The notes beneath the pieces were generated by a model that worked only from the letters and a program-made list of their open reading frames with translations, did no database searches and was not told the origin of the DNA. A DNA stretch of 64,000 bases from Octopus vulgaris (taxonomy: Eukaryota), in assembly GCA_951406725.2 (NCBI GenBank), contig OX597814.1:205840001-205904000 (forward strand), read 5' to 3'. The position numbers and the translations under genes were made by a program. Each line of letters begins with the position of its first letter. The first letter of the stretch is position 1. This document shows, piece by piece, positions 51,897 to 64,000 of the stretch.

Positions 51897-54800
51897 ATGC
51901 CACCCAAGAAGAGAAAGACACTCCTCAGCCCTCGGACGGCCAAGGCATCGACTGTTAGGGCTAGAAGGGCACGCGAGACCCACGAGGAAACTGCCTTGCG
52001 CCTCTCGCAAAAAGCTTCCCGTTCTGCCGCTGCTCAGGCATCTGAAACTACTAGCGACCGTCCTACCCGACATGCAAGGGCCGCAGCGTACAGATCTTCC
52101 CTCCGCTCGAGGTTGACGGAAGAGCAACAGTCCAGACAAAACATGCGGGCTTCTTCCTGTGCTTCCATCCGCAGAGCTCGCGAGAACCCCGAACAAAGGG
52201 CCATTCGGAATGCGGCTAACGCCACTAGCACCGCCAGGACACGATCTGTCGAAACCTCACAGCAGAGGAGAACTCACCAAGCTGCTGACGCCGCAAATAC
52301 AGCCATGGCCCGATCTGCCGAAATACCTCAACAGAGGAGAGCTCGCTAAGCTGCTAACGCCGCAAACACAGCCAGGGCTCGATCTGCCGAAACTCCAGAC
52401 CAACGAACTATTCGGACATCCAGAGATGCCATTAACACTGCTTCTGCTAGGGCTTCAGAAGGTGCTGAGGCGAGAGCTGAAAGGGTTTCAAGGGATGCTA
52501 CTGCTACCGCTGTCGCACGCGCATCTCAATCTGCTGAGGCACGGCGCACTCGACTTGAGAGTATCAACCAACGTCGGGATATCATTCGTGGTGTACGTAC
52601 CCCTGCCCCCGCTTTCTGGTCGTTACTAGCATTCAACTACGACGCCACAATTAACTTCTCCTTGCGTGACAACATCAAGATAGGGTCAATGACAATTGTA
52701 TGGCAGTTTTGCAAAGCCAAGAAATGGCCCGGAGAGCCATCTGGTTTGTGCTGCTCTGGTGGCAAAGTGGACCTGCCACCCCTACGGGAACCACCTCAAC
52801 AACTGAAGGATCTCTCGGCGGGTTTAACCCCCGAATCGTCACAATTCCTTGAAATCATTCGAAAGTACAACTGCTCATTCCAAATGACCTCTTTCGGGGC
52901 CAAAATTCCTTCTAAGGAAGGCTGGATGCCTACTTTCAAAGTGCAGGGACAGGTCTACCATCTTATTGGGTCACTTCTGCCAGACGAGATTCAGCAGTCT
53001 TCTTTCCTCCAAATCTACTTCATTGCCGACTACAACCAGCAGGTTGATGCACGCCTTGGAATAATACCGGGTACATGCTATGTTCCCCGCAAAGACGTTC
53101 TTCTCCGTCTCCAAACCATGCTTCATGATGTCAACAGCTACGTCTGCAGCTTCAGGTATGCCTTGGACAGTGCTCCGTCTCCAAACTTCAACGTTGTCAT
53201 TGATGCTGATAAACGACCCCACGGGGAGCACGAACGCTGTTTCAACGCACCTGCGTGCAACGAAATTGCCGCAGTCATACACGGAGAGCAACACAACAGC
53301 CGTGACATAATCATCTCAGCGAGACTCACAGATCTTATGACGCGCTTCAGTACCCATTGCTTTTCCCTTACAGGGAAGACGGCTACCACTTCGGAATTCC
53401 TTTATGGCAGCCCTCCAATCAAACTACTGTGGCATCAAAGACGGTTTCCTGCAGGGCGTTCTACTCATACCGGTTCATGATCAGGAGGGTGAGTTCAACT
53501 TATTGCCCCGTTGTCGTCAGCTATTCTACCAGTTCGCCGTCGACATGGCCGCCAAAGTGGAATCGGAAAGGCTGCTATACATTAAACTTAATCAGACCAA
53601 ACTTCGCTCCGACTCCTACATTCATCTCCGTGACGGCTTGCAACAAGAAAATGACCCTCGCAACATCGGCAAGCCATGCATTCTACCCTCCACCTTCACA
53701 GGAGGACCGCGATATATGCGTGAAAGGACCCAAGACGCCTTGACCTACGTGCGCATTTTCGGCCGGCCGGACCTCTTTATCACCTACACGTGCAATCCCA
53801 ACTGCGACGAAATCACTCGCGAACTCCATCGTTGCTAGGGTTTTCCGTCTGAATTTGGCAAAATGATGGATTTGATAGTTAAGGGTCAGATTTTCGGGCA
53901 TGTCAGGTGCCACATGCTTTCAGTCGAGTGGCAAAAGAGGGGCTTGCCACATGCTCACATCTAAATTTATCTAACTAATAAAATCGAGACTAATGGCATT
54001 GACAAATTCATTTCCGCCGAGATTCCTACCCCGATGAGGACCCCGAAGTGTACGAAATTGTCCGCACTACCATGGTACACGGGCCCTGTGGACCAAATTA
54101 CGCCAACACACCATGCTGCAAAAACGGATTAGCCTGCTCAAAGGGATTCCCTAAACGGTTCACTTTGGAGACTCAAACAGGCGGCGATGGGTTTCCGCTG
54201 TACAAACGAAGGAGTCCAGCCAATGGAGGCCGCACCATTACGGTTGGGCGACATCAAGTGGACAACAGCTACATTGTCCCCTACTGTCCTCTCCTGTCGA
54301 AGATATTCAAAGCCCACGTCAACGTTGAGTTCTGCAGCTCCATCAGGTCAATACAATATGTCTGCAAATATATCAACAAGGGCAGCGATGCTGCCATGTT
54401 CAGCATCCAGAGGAACACCAGTTGCGACGAAGTGTCCAACTACTTGGCATTCCGGTACCTCAGCAGCAACGAAGCGTTTTGGTGCATTTACGGCTTCCCG
54501 CTCCATCAGAGACACCCGGCTGTGGTGCAGCTTGCTGTACACTTGGAAAATGGACAGCGCATTTACTTCACAGAGCAAACTGCTGCGCAGGTAGCCACTA
54601 ACTCTAAAGACACAACGTTGACCGGTTTCTTCAAATTATGCCAACGTGATGACTTCGCTCGAACGCTTTTGTACCCCCAGGTCCCATCGTACTTCGTGTG
54701 GTATAACAACACCTGGGTTCGACGGAAATCCGGCAAAAACGTCGAAGTCTTCCCTGACTCCTGCCTGGGTCGACTTTACAACATCCCGCCAAACCAGCAA

Positions 54801-56155
54801 GAATGCTTCTACCTCCGTCTCCTTCTACATGAGGTCACTGGTCCAACAGGTTTCGGCAATATACGTACCGTCAATGGGGTTCTGTGTGACACCTTCAGGG
54901 AAGCGTGTATGAGACTTGGCCTTCTAGAGGATTACTCCCAGTGGGACGCCACTATGACAGAGGGCGCTTTACTGCAAACGCCTTCTTCAAAAACGTCAGC
55001 TTAGTGACCCACTAAGTCTCTGGATGAAATACAGGGATGACATGTCGCAGGACTTCTTACGTACGGCTCAGCAACACTGCCCTTCCGTCGAGATCACGTT
55101 CACCAACTTCATTTACAATTTTGCGCTTATTCAACTCGAAGACGCTGTCATCGATATGGGTGGCTCTGCTTTAACGGAGTACGGCCTTCCACCACCCACA
55201 CGTGAACACGCCAATGTTATGTCTGCTGAATTGTTACGCGAAACTTCCTACTGCATTGAGGAACTGCACCAGTACGTCCAAGATAATGAACCACGACTGC
55301 TTCCAGACCAGCGTAAAGCCTACAACACCATCGTAGACTCTGTCAGACAGCAACGTGGGGGATTTACTTCCTTGACGCACCTGGCGGCACTGGCAAAACC
55401 TTCGTCACGAAACTAATTCTGACGGAGGTCAGACGCAACACGGACATTGTCCTGGCTGTAGCTTCCTCTGGTATCGCGGCCACGTTGCTTCCGGGTGGCA
55501 GTACCGCCCACTCTGCCTTCAGACTCCCGCTCGATCTGGCAAAGTCCGAGTCACCTCTCTGCAACATCGCCAAGAACTCAGAATAGGCCGACATTCTGCG
55601 CATATGCAAACTCATCGTATGGGACGAGTGCACTATGGCACACAAAGGCGCCCTTGAGGCACTGGACAGGTCCCTGCAAGATATCAGAGACTCTACGGCC
55701 CCCATGGGAGGATTGACTTTACTTCTTTCAGGAAACTTCAGGCAGATTCTACCTATTATTCCAAAAGGAACCCGTGCCGATGCCGTGCGCGTGTGCCTTA
55801 AGTCGTCAGCTCTTTGGGCACATGTGCGGCCCTTGCACCTCCAAACTAACATGCACGCGCAGTTGATTGGTGACAGCGGATCCGCTGCATTCTCCAGGGA
55901 CCTTTTATCGCTCGGTGAAAATAGGATGCCGGCTGATGCGGATGACTGTGTTCAATTGGACTCACTTTGCACCACTGTCGACACCCCTGCTAGCCTCCGG
56001 GATGCTGTCTTCCACGACCTACAAAACAATTTACGTGACCTAAAATGGCTGGCAGGCAGAGCTGTTCTCGCACCCAAAAATACAACTGTCAACTCCATCA
56101 ATATCCAGCTACTTGAAGCTATTCCTGGTGTTGTCCACGCCTATAAATCTATAGA
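51897..56155 (+). pseudogene. Helitron RepHel transposase, frameshifted and C-terminally truncated
   Basis: MPPKKRK start, Arg/Ala repeats, CCSGGKV, YNCSFQMTSFG, GRPDLFITYTCNP, VEWQKRGLPHAHI (HUH), KYINKG, DAPGGTGKTF, IVWDECTM, GNFRQILP. Confidence 0.92.
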
Positions 56156-56159
56156 TAGG

Positions 56160-56435
56160 ACATATCTATAGATTTAGTGTCAAGCCAACTAACTACAAAG
56201 ATTTCATTATTGATTTCAAATCTATAATCATATGAACGTCTTGGCTCCTTTCTCATCAATGCTCTTTCCTTTAGATGACATCTCTTGAGACAATTATCTC
56301 TCGTACCGGTTGCATCAAATCCCATTTGCCCGAGGTGCACTAACAGATCATACTTTGTGAATATATTATCAAAATATACGGAATGTGACCGAGGATCATC
56401 TACCACTCCAAGAAACTCTCCTTCCAAGTGGACAG
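56160..56435 (-). mobile_element. piggyBac fragment inside the Helitron
   Basis: HLEGEFLGVVDDPRSHSVYFDNIFTKYDLL...SWLDTK, near-identical to ~31688-31947. Confidence 0.9.
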
Positions 56436-56591
56436 CTAGGAACATCATATACACAGAAGTATTCGAGTGTAGAGAAGACATTGCAACCTACACATGCGCC
56501 TTCGTTCCTTAGAGGGAAAGGACTAGATTGGGATTAGTCGTTGCCTACTAGGGGCTCTTACATACCCGGGCAACGCCGGGCTATGCTGCTA

Positions 56592-56666
<75 letters not shown>

Positions 56667-57163
56667 AAATAAATAATATATAGATATATATTTACATGCA
56701 TATATGGGTACAGGACGTCACCAACAATGCAAATAACATGAAATACGCAAACAAATTCGGGAAAGACGAGTGAAATGTGTAAACAACGAGGAAATAATTG
56801 AAAACAGGATACGTTAACAGAGAGAAAGGACCCTTAATCGGTTGGCTGTCTATCTACTCCTCATTTGGAGTATTCAACGACACTATGAGTCTTCAAAGAC
56901 AGCTGCTCCCATAAATTCTAAAATAAAATTTGGGATTTATTGAAGGTCAAAGTTGGGAACAATAAAATGACAGTGGAGACATACAAGGAAACCGAACGAA
57001 AACGAGCATGGAGAGTCGTTAGACCGGAACGGGAGGAAAATAATGAACGCTGGGACAAACACTTTTGAAAAGAGAAAAGATAGATGAGAGAGAAAAAATC
57101 ACGTCCGTTCGTTTAAACGTCTGTGCAAGAAAAGAAAGATGGGTGATAATCACGTGTAAGCAA

Positions 57164-57211
<48 letters not shown>

Positions 57212-57364
57212 TAAAAAGAGAAAGAAAGGGGAGAGAGAGAGAGAGAGGTAGAAAACTGGGAAGTGGAGAAAAAGGGAATTAGAGAAGGATGAAGGAAGAA
57301 AACAGTATAGAATAGAGAATTGCATGAAAAAGGTAAAGATAAACTTACTTGGAAATGGATGTGT

Positions 57365-57900
57365 CACACGTTCAATCCAATTTATATTGTCCATGCAGAG
57401 GCTTCTGGCACCACCTCTCTTCAATTTGTTTCTGCCCGTTATTTTTTGCTGTTTCTTTGATCCGTTTTGTTTGGTGGCAGTGGTTTCCAGTTCTTCATTT
57501 AATTCAGGGTTAATGTCGAGTTCCCTTGCGAATTTACAAGCTTCCTTCGCAATGGAATGTGATTTTTGCTGCTTTCGTCTTTGCACACAAACCACAGCAT
57601 CCAGTCCTCTGTACGAGATAACTATTTGTTCATTGCTATTGAGGAGGTGTCTTACAGCACAGATCTACCTGCATCAATCCTCTTCCCCCCATTACTTCTA
57701 TGTAGGTAAAGCAGACAATCAACGTCTGCTTTTGGGTGGTGCATGTTCTTAAGAAGTTAGTAGTTTTCTTGTTTTACTATCCAGGTGTTGGAACCCGCTA
57801 AGATTCCAGTTAATGATGTTAAAACTGTATTGGATTATCGGAAGTGCCGGGGTGTCAATGTCTTCGATGGGAATGTTGGGGTCGAGTTCAGCTTTTGGCA
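57365..57900 (-). mobile_element. R4-like retrotransposon fragment (thumb region)
   Basis: IDTPALPIIQYSFNIINWN...LDSKTRKLLT..HPKADVD; abuts (TAA)n. Confidence 0.75.
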
Positions 57901-58017
57901 TTATTATTATTATTATTATTAGTTGTAGTAGTAGTAGTATTATCATCATCATCATCATCATCATTGTTATCATTATTATTATTATTATTATTAGTATCAT
58001 CATCATCATCATCATCA

Positions 58018-58055
<38 letters not shown>

Positions 58056-58260
58056 ATTATTAGTATAATCATCATCATCATCATTGTTATAATTATTATT
58101 ATTATTACTATTATTATTAGTAGTAGTAGTATCATCATCATCATCATCATCATCATCATTATTATTATTATTATTATTAATATTATTATTATTATTATTA
58201 TCAACATCATCATCATTGTTATCATTATTATCATTATTATCGTTATTATTATCATTATTA

Positions 58261-58300
<40 letters not shown>

Positions 58301-58497
58301 TATTATTAGTAGTAGTAGTATCATCATCATCATCATCATCATCATCATTATTATTATTATTATTAATATTATTACTATTATTATTAGTAGTAGTAGTATC
58401 ATCATCATCATTATTATTATTAATATTATTATTATTATTATTATTATCAACATCATCATCATTGTTATCATTATTATCATTATTATCGTTATTATTA

Positions 58498-58588
<91 letters not shown>

Positions 58589-58596
58589 TATTATTA

Positions 58597-58648
<52 letters not shown>
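57900..58648. repeat. Compound (ATT/ATC/AGT)n microsatellite array
   Basis: Directly visible; variant pattern shared with 60560-61090. Confidence 0.95.
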
Positions 58649-60559
58649 TTTTTTTTTTTCTTCTTTCAAATTTGCTTCCATTTCTTGCCGAGTGTCTTCC
58701 CGACTCCTAGGGCAAAGAAACTCATAGTTTACATTGGTAGGCCATTAAACCAAACTCAGTAGTTCGTTCATTTTTTTTTTGATCACGGTCTGTATGTACT
58801 GGAAAGTCCCACAGAATGGTTACATTTTCTCCTTCAGTTACAGCCTCAGGGTGGTGATTATACCACTTGTCGGCAGTTTTGATATTGTAATGCCGACTTA
58901 TTAGCCAGTGGAGATATTGGCCAACTCTGTCATGTCTTAATTTATACTCCACTGGTGCTAAGACTTTACATCCAGAGATTAGGTGGTCCACTGTTTCAAT
59001 CATGTCGTTGCAGAATCGGCATTTTGGGTCTGCTCCATTTTTCATCACATTGGCCTGGTAGTTCCGGGTTAATAGGCTTTGATTTTGAGCAGCCAGGATG
59101 AAACCTTCGCTCTCTGCTTTTAGCCCTGAGCTCCGTAGCCACTGATGGGTTTGCTTCTGGTCAACATCAGCTTTTTTGCTGCGGGTCACATATTTGCCGT
59201 GCAGAGGTTTCTCTTCCCACCTAGCAGCCAATTGCTCGTGCGCTTTTTTCATTGCCATCATTTTCACCTTCTTTGCAACAATAGTTGCCGTACTTCCCTC
59301 GGGTTGTTCAGTTTGGGTATCCTGCACGAGATCAATAGCAAATTTTTTGCTTTCCTTTATGATAGAATGATGCTTCTTTCGTCTCTCGTGATTTTCCACG
59401 AGCTTTAGCATCCAGTCATTCGATATTTCGAGATATTTGGACAGTCCAATTGTGGTTGTTTTGTAAGCTAGTTCAAATTGGATCAGGCCTCGACCTCCTT
59501 GGGCTCTGGGAAGGTAAAGGCGATCTACGTCTGCCTTTGGGTGGTGCATCCTATTACAACTCAGCAGCTTGCGTATTTTTCTATCTATATTCTTTACTTC
59601 ACTCATATTCCAGTTCAACACATTGTAGCTATAAGTAACAACTGGAACTGCTAAGGAATTTATAGCTAACACCTTGTTACGTGCATTTAGTTCAGATTTC
59701 AGGACTGCACGAACTCTCCTATAACATTCCTTCCTGATTTTCTCTTTCATGCTTGCATGCTGAATACCAGAGCCTTCATTTATCCCTAAATATTTGTATG
59801 TTTGTTCTTGCTCAAGCTCTCTTATGACTGTGTCAACATCTAATACGACTGAATTTGTGGTCTTCAGTTTCCCTTTCTGGAAAGTGGCCTTGCGACACTT
59901 CTCAAGTCCAAACTCCACCCCGATGTTATCGCTGAATGCTTTCACGGTGCGCAATAGGCCTTCAAGTTCATTATTGTCTTTACCATAAAGTTTTAAGTCA
60001 TCCATATAAAATAGATGGCTTATTTTTTTATTGGCAATTTTATACCCATACCCTGTTCTGTTTAATTCACTTGTAAGGGGTATTAGGGCTATGCAGAATA
60101 TTAAAGGTGAAAGTGAGTCACCTTGAAAAATTCCACAGTTGATGTTTATATTTTCTGAGACAAGTACTCCATTAGAGTGGTATAATTGGAGATTCGTATT
60201 CCACAACGACATATTGTGCTTCAGGAAGTTTGAAATCACAGGGGAAATTTTGATTATGTCCAGCGATCTCAAGATCCATGGATGCGGTATACTGTCGAAG
60301 GCCTTTTTGTAGTCAATCCATGCGGTGCTGAGATTTCTGCGCTTGTTGTGACAGTTCTCAAGGATCATACGATTGATTAGCAGTTGATCTTTGCATCCGT
60401 AAGAGCCTCGGCGGCACCCTTTTTGTTCAATGGGGCAAATATCGTTCTTCTCCATGAATGCATATGTTTTCTCCGCCAGGATAGATGTTAGGATTTTATA
60501 CGTGGTGGATAGACAGGTTATAGGCCGATAGTATTTTGGAAGGTTGGTTTCGTTATTCT
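58649..60559 (-). mobile_element. R4/Dong-like retrotransposon with an uninterrupted RT plus CCHC region (5'-truncated, endonuclease deleted)
   Basis: YRPITCLST, WIDYKKAFDSIPH, GIFQGDSLSP, LFYMDDLK, YKYLG, CRFC...HLISGC...RHD. The frame is open for ~590 aa and jumps to the 3' UTR after VHTDR. Confidence 0.93.
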
Positions 60560-60574
60560 TTATTATTATTATTA

Positions 60575-60654
<80 letters not shown>

Positions 60655-60945
60655 ATTAGTTGTAGTAGTAGTAGTATTATCATCATCATCATCATCATTG
60701 TTATCATTATTATTAGTAGTAGTAGTAATATCATCATCATCATCATCATCATTATTATTATTATTAGTAGTAGTAGTAGTAGTAGCAGTAGTATTATCAT
60801 CATCATCATTGTTATAATTATTATTATTATTACTATTATTATTAGTAGTAGTAGTATCATCATCATCATTATTATTATTAATATTATTATTATTATTATT
60901 ATTATCAACATCATCATCATTGTTATCATTATTATCATTATTATC

Positions 60946-61007
<62 letters not shown>

Positions 61008-61039
61008 CATCATCATCATCATCATTATCATTATTATTA

Positions 61040-61090
<51 letters not shown>
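60560..61090. repeat. Compound (ATT/ATC/AGT)n microsatellite array
   Basis: Directly visible. Confidence 0.95.
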
Positions 61091-61340
61091 GAAAACTCAC
61101 AGCATATTTTGCTGGGTATGATGGAAAGTATCGGATGTCCAAAGCCAGCAGACTCAGACGACACGTTTTTACTGCTCATGCTTCAAGAACCCTGCGAAGG
61201 ATTCTTGCAGTTCCAATCAATGTTGACTTTTGTAGGTGTTCTACCTTCACAATTGCAGCACCAATCTTTTGGTAGTTGATTACAGATGCTTTCAAGGGCA
61301 ACAATTACGGAGAGTATCATGCCTAATCTTTTCATTAACC
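61091..61340 (-). mobile_element. Short 3' end of another R4-like family
   Basis: Minus strand translates as VEHLQKSTLIGTARILRRVLEA*, then a 3' UTR running into (TAA)n. Confidence 0.7.
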
Positions 61341-61415
61341 ACAACTATTGTTATTGTTGTTGTTGATGATGATGTTGATGATGATGATGATAAAGTTGAT
61401 GATGATGATGATGAC

Positions 61416-61455
<40 letters not shown>

Positions 61456-61543
61456 TTATACAATGTAGTTAAGAATCCATAAAAACCTGGAACATGTTTT
61501 GATTTCATCGAGAATATCAAATAACTTGATAAACTGATATATT

Positions 61544-63766
61544 TTATTCTTCAAATACGTTTATTGTTTGGATAATTTTATCTAATATGGTTATTGTTAA
61601 CCTAAGATTCGTATTTATTGTAGACAATAACTTAGGCATGCCAGACGTCACCAGTATCAAAATAATCTTTGTGAATGTTGAAAAGTCGAATTCACTTTGA
61701 TTTAATATATTTTTGCAAACAAAGAAAAAATATATGATTAGAAACAATTTTACAATGGATTTACCAATCTCGTTTCTCAAAGGAAAATTATGGTTAACAA
61801 TTGTCTTGAACAAATTGGCGTTTATGAATTCTTCCCCATATTTTGACTGAACTAAATTTGGACGAAGAATTTTGGTGAGCTTTATGGCTTCGAGTAGAAT
61901 AAACTCATACCGTTTCTGAATAGCTTTTATAATTTCAATACCATAGAGAAGAAACATGGAAACAAACCATATATCACCAACAGTACCAGGCTTAGCAAGT
62001 ACTGCAATAGCTGATGAAAATATATACATGCAGAGGATTTGAAAACTTGTAAGAAATATAAAGATTAAATAAATTCCCCATATTATAAAACATAGAAACG
62101 ATATGAATGTTAAAATGAAAGCAATAATCTTGAAAATATAGTTAGGATTCAAATACAGGGGGTAAATATAAACTCTGAAATAACTTAATGGTAAAGTTAA
62201 AATCAGATAAACAATTGGGATTCCATAATAAACGAGGCATAGAAATAATTCACAGACAGAAAATACAGCAAATAAAATTGTAATGGAAAGAAAGAGCCAA
62301 AGTGTAATGAATTTCCAGAAAATATTTCTCCTGTAGTAATATAACCAAATTTTCTTTATACGATTAATCCAAGTATAAATTATTAAATACCAGAAATTTG
62401 GGTTTAGAGCAGTAGAAATATTAGCTTCCATTACTGCATAGAGTAGATCATAATCCTGTAGAGTAGAAACATTTAAACTGCCATACTTCTCTAATAATCT
62501 CTTATTTTGAATGAGAAACGTGCAAGTGGATCTTTGATGTAATGTATTATAAGCGACAGTCTCACTTGTTCGACTGGGAAGAACAAAGAGAATAAAGCTA
62601 AAAAATATGTAGACCGTGAACCACAAAAACGGACCCCCCAGGCAGCCATCTGTATTGTCGTAACTTTCTGTTATTCCTAATATTAAGGCGCGATAGCCCA
62701 ATGGGATACCATCTTGGTAAAGAATTTCTATTGTTTCATATAAAAAGAAGTAATGCATCAAAAGATCCAGAAAGAATACTGAAAGAGAAAATAGAATACA
62801 AAGGAATCTTCTTAGTCTTGATGCAAAGAAAGAGGAATTGTGGAAACAAAATACCCTTGACAGAAAATGAGAGAATGTGTAAATATTATTTTTTCCATTG
62901 ATCCACTCTGATTTGTATGGCAATGTGTTTTTAATTGTAAATAAGAATTCATCGTGAGCAGACAGTGGCAGATTGAGTTGACGGGAATGTGAAGGTACTT
63001 TCGCTTTTGATACGAAACTAATGAGTAATGGTAATATAGCCCACAAAACAGCTCCGAAAGTATTTGCATAATTGTAAAATATAGAATTCTCAATGATTTT
63101 TCCTGAACAAATGGATTTGGAGTGATAAACATGACTTTCATTTTTATAGAGTTTACAGCAATAGTTCTTCATAAGTTCTCGATTTATACCAATTCTTTTG
63201 TGAGCTTCAAATGTGCCAGGGCTGTTCTTCTTCATGTCTTGAGACAAATTTATATAAAAACACATGTATCCAGATTCTGCCATTTGTAATTTGTCCATAA
63301 ATATGATTCTTTTCAATGCGTCGAATATCAAATATATTAAATCGTGTCTCTGAATATTTTGTTTTCCACAAGTGATATTGATGTCAATCCTTTGTTTAGC
63401 AACGTAGACGTCTAACATATTAAAAGAATTCATTGAAAAATCATAGGAGAAAGTTCTATATAGAGTTAAAGCGCCTGATTTATCTGGAATCCACGTAAAA
63501 TGTCTCGCATTCGCAAAATAATCCAAAGGTACAGGATTAAGAAGTTCATCAAGTGTCTTGTTTGATAAATGGATTTCAAAATTGAAAACCTCTTTTTCTA
63601 ATTTTACTAAACGAGATAAAATCTCACCGATATTGGGAGGGATTTTAACTTCACAATCATTGCCGAGTTCCTTCGCATCGATGTTTAGTGATGTCAGTGT
63701 GATACTAAGAATGATTGAAAGAATAAGAGAACTGGTCGCTGTTGTTGTCGTCTGCACGGCAGCCAT
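61544..63766 (-). CDS. Uncharacterised 740-aa multi-pass membrane protein, paralog 3 (single coding exon)
   Basis: Intact ORF that aligns without gaps to 36817-39039. I counted about 113 substitutions by eye (~85% identity); all six ectodomain Cys are kept. Confidence 0.92.
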   Translation of the reverse strand: MAAVQTTTTATSSLILSIILSITLTSLNIDAKELGNDCEVKIPPNIGEILSRLVKLEKEVFNFEIHLSNKTLDELLNPVPLDYFANARHFTWIPDKSGALTLYRTFSYDFSMNSFNMLDVYVAKQRIDINITCGKQNIQRHDLIYLIFDALKRIIFMDKLQMAESGYMCFYINLSQDMKKNSPGTFEAHKRIGINRELMKNYCCKLYKNESHVYHSKSICSGKIIENSIFYNYANTFGAVLWAILPLLISFVSKAKVPSHSRQLNLPLSAHDEFLFTIKNTLPYKSEWINGKNNIYTFSHFLSRVFCFHNSSFFASRLRRFLCILFSLSVFFLDLLMHYFFLYETIEILYQDGIPLGYRALILGITESYDNTDGCLGGPFLWFTVYIFFSFILFVLPSRTSETVAYNTLHQRSTCTFLIQNKRLLEKYGSLNVSTLQDYDLLYAVMEANISTALNPNFWYLIIYTWINRIKKIWLYYYRRNIFWKFITLWLFLSITILFAVFSVCELFLCLVYYGIPIVYLILTLPLSYFRVYIYPLYLNPNYIFKIIAFILTFISFLCFIIWGIYLIFIFLTSFQILCMYIFSSAIAVLAKPGTVGDIWFVSMFLLYGIEIIKAIQKRYEFILLEAIKLTKILRPNLVQSKYGEEFINANLFKTIVNHNFPLRNEIGKSIVKLFLIIYFFFVCKNILNQSEFDFSTFTKIILILVTSGMPKLLSTINTNLRLTITILDKIIQTINVFEE

Positions 63767-63776
63767 ATTTGGTTAT

Positions 63777-63805
63777 CTGTAAAAATATGAAAAAACAAAG
63801 CATAT
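63777..63805 (-). promoter_or_regulatory. Putative 3' splice acceptor upstream of the paralog 3 ATG
   Basis: Same TTTTTACAG|ATAACCAAATATG context; the upstream ~220 bp is conserved among copies. Confidence 0.6.
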
Positions 63806-64000
63806 TAAGTAATGAAGATTCAACTCCGTTTCTTTATTTCATAGACATTTGCAATGTTACGAAATAATCATAAGTGTTGTGGTCAATGTATCTGAGAAAT
63901 CAATGCATTTTTCTGTTGCCGAGTACCTCCTTTATGGTTAAACATATCCCCGTTTCAAGGTCGATATTTTCTATTCAAAGGTTGCAGGAGATGTTCTATT

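Larger units (their letters stand above)
50825..56592 (+). mobile_element. Helitron with both termini and a degenerate RepHel gene
   Basis: 5' A|TCTCTCTATATATAAA; 3' hairpin CCCGGGCAACGCCGGG (56565-56580) then CTAG|T in (TA)n. Confidence 0.9.

Noticed and set aside
58722-61142. 806-aa ORF as a single protein with a hydrophobic N-terminus
   Set aside because: The first ~190 aa are microsatellite read-through into a 5'-truncated retrotransposon RT.

Overview
AT-rich, repeat-dense eukaryotic (animal) DNA. The SINE families suggest an octopus or other coleoid cephalopod (inference). The only host genes I can support are three tandem, minus-strand paralogs of a single-coding-exon 740-aa membrane protein that I cannot assign to a family: 36817-39039 and 61544-63766 are intact, and 27466-29704 is frameshifted, possibly by sequencing error. 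Each has a signal peptide, a 6-Cys glycosylated ectodomain and about 9-10 hydrophobic segments. The rest is mobile DNA and microsatellite: a full-length but degenerate Helitron, a non-autonomous Helitron, five co-oriented R4/Dong-like retrotransposon pieces in (TAA)n, a Penelope-like RT, at least four minimal hammerhead-ribozyme motifs in short (TA)n-bounded elements, a CR1-group LINE with SANT and CCCH-finger ORF1, remnants of piggyBac, mariner, RTE and CRE elements, SINEs, and one 100-N gap. Best leads: (1) the diversifying orphan receptor/channel-like gene array; (2) several unrelated short hammerhead-carrying elements in (TA)n tracts. All calls were made by eye; no searches were run.
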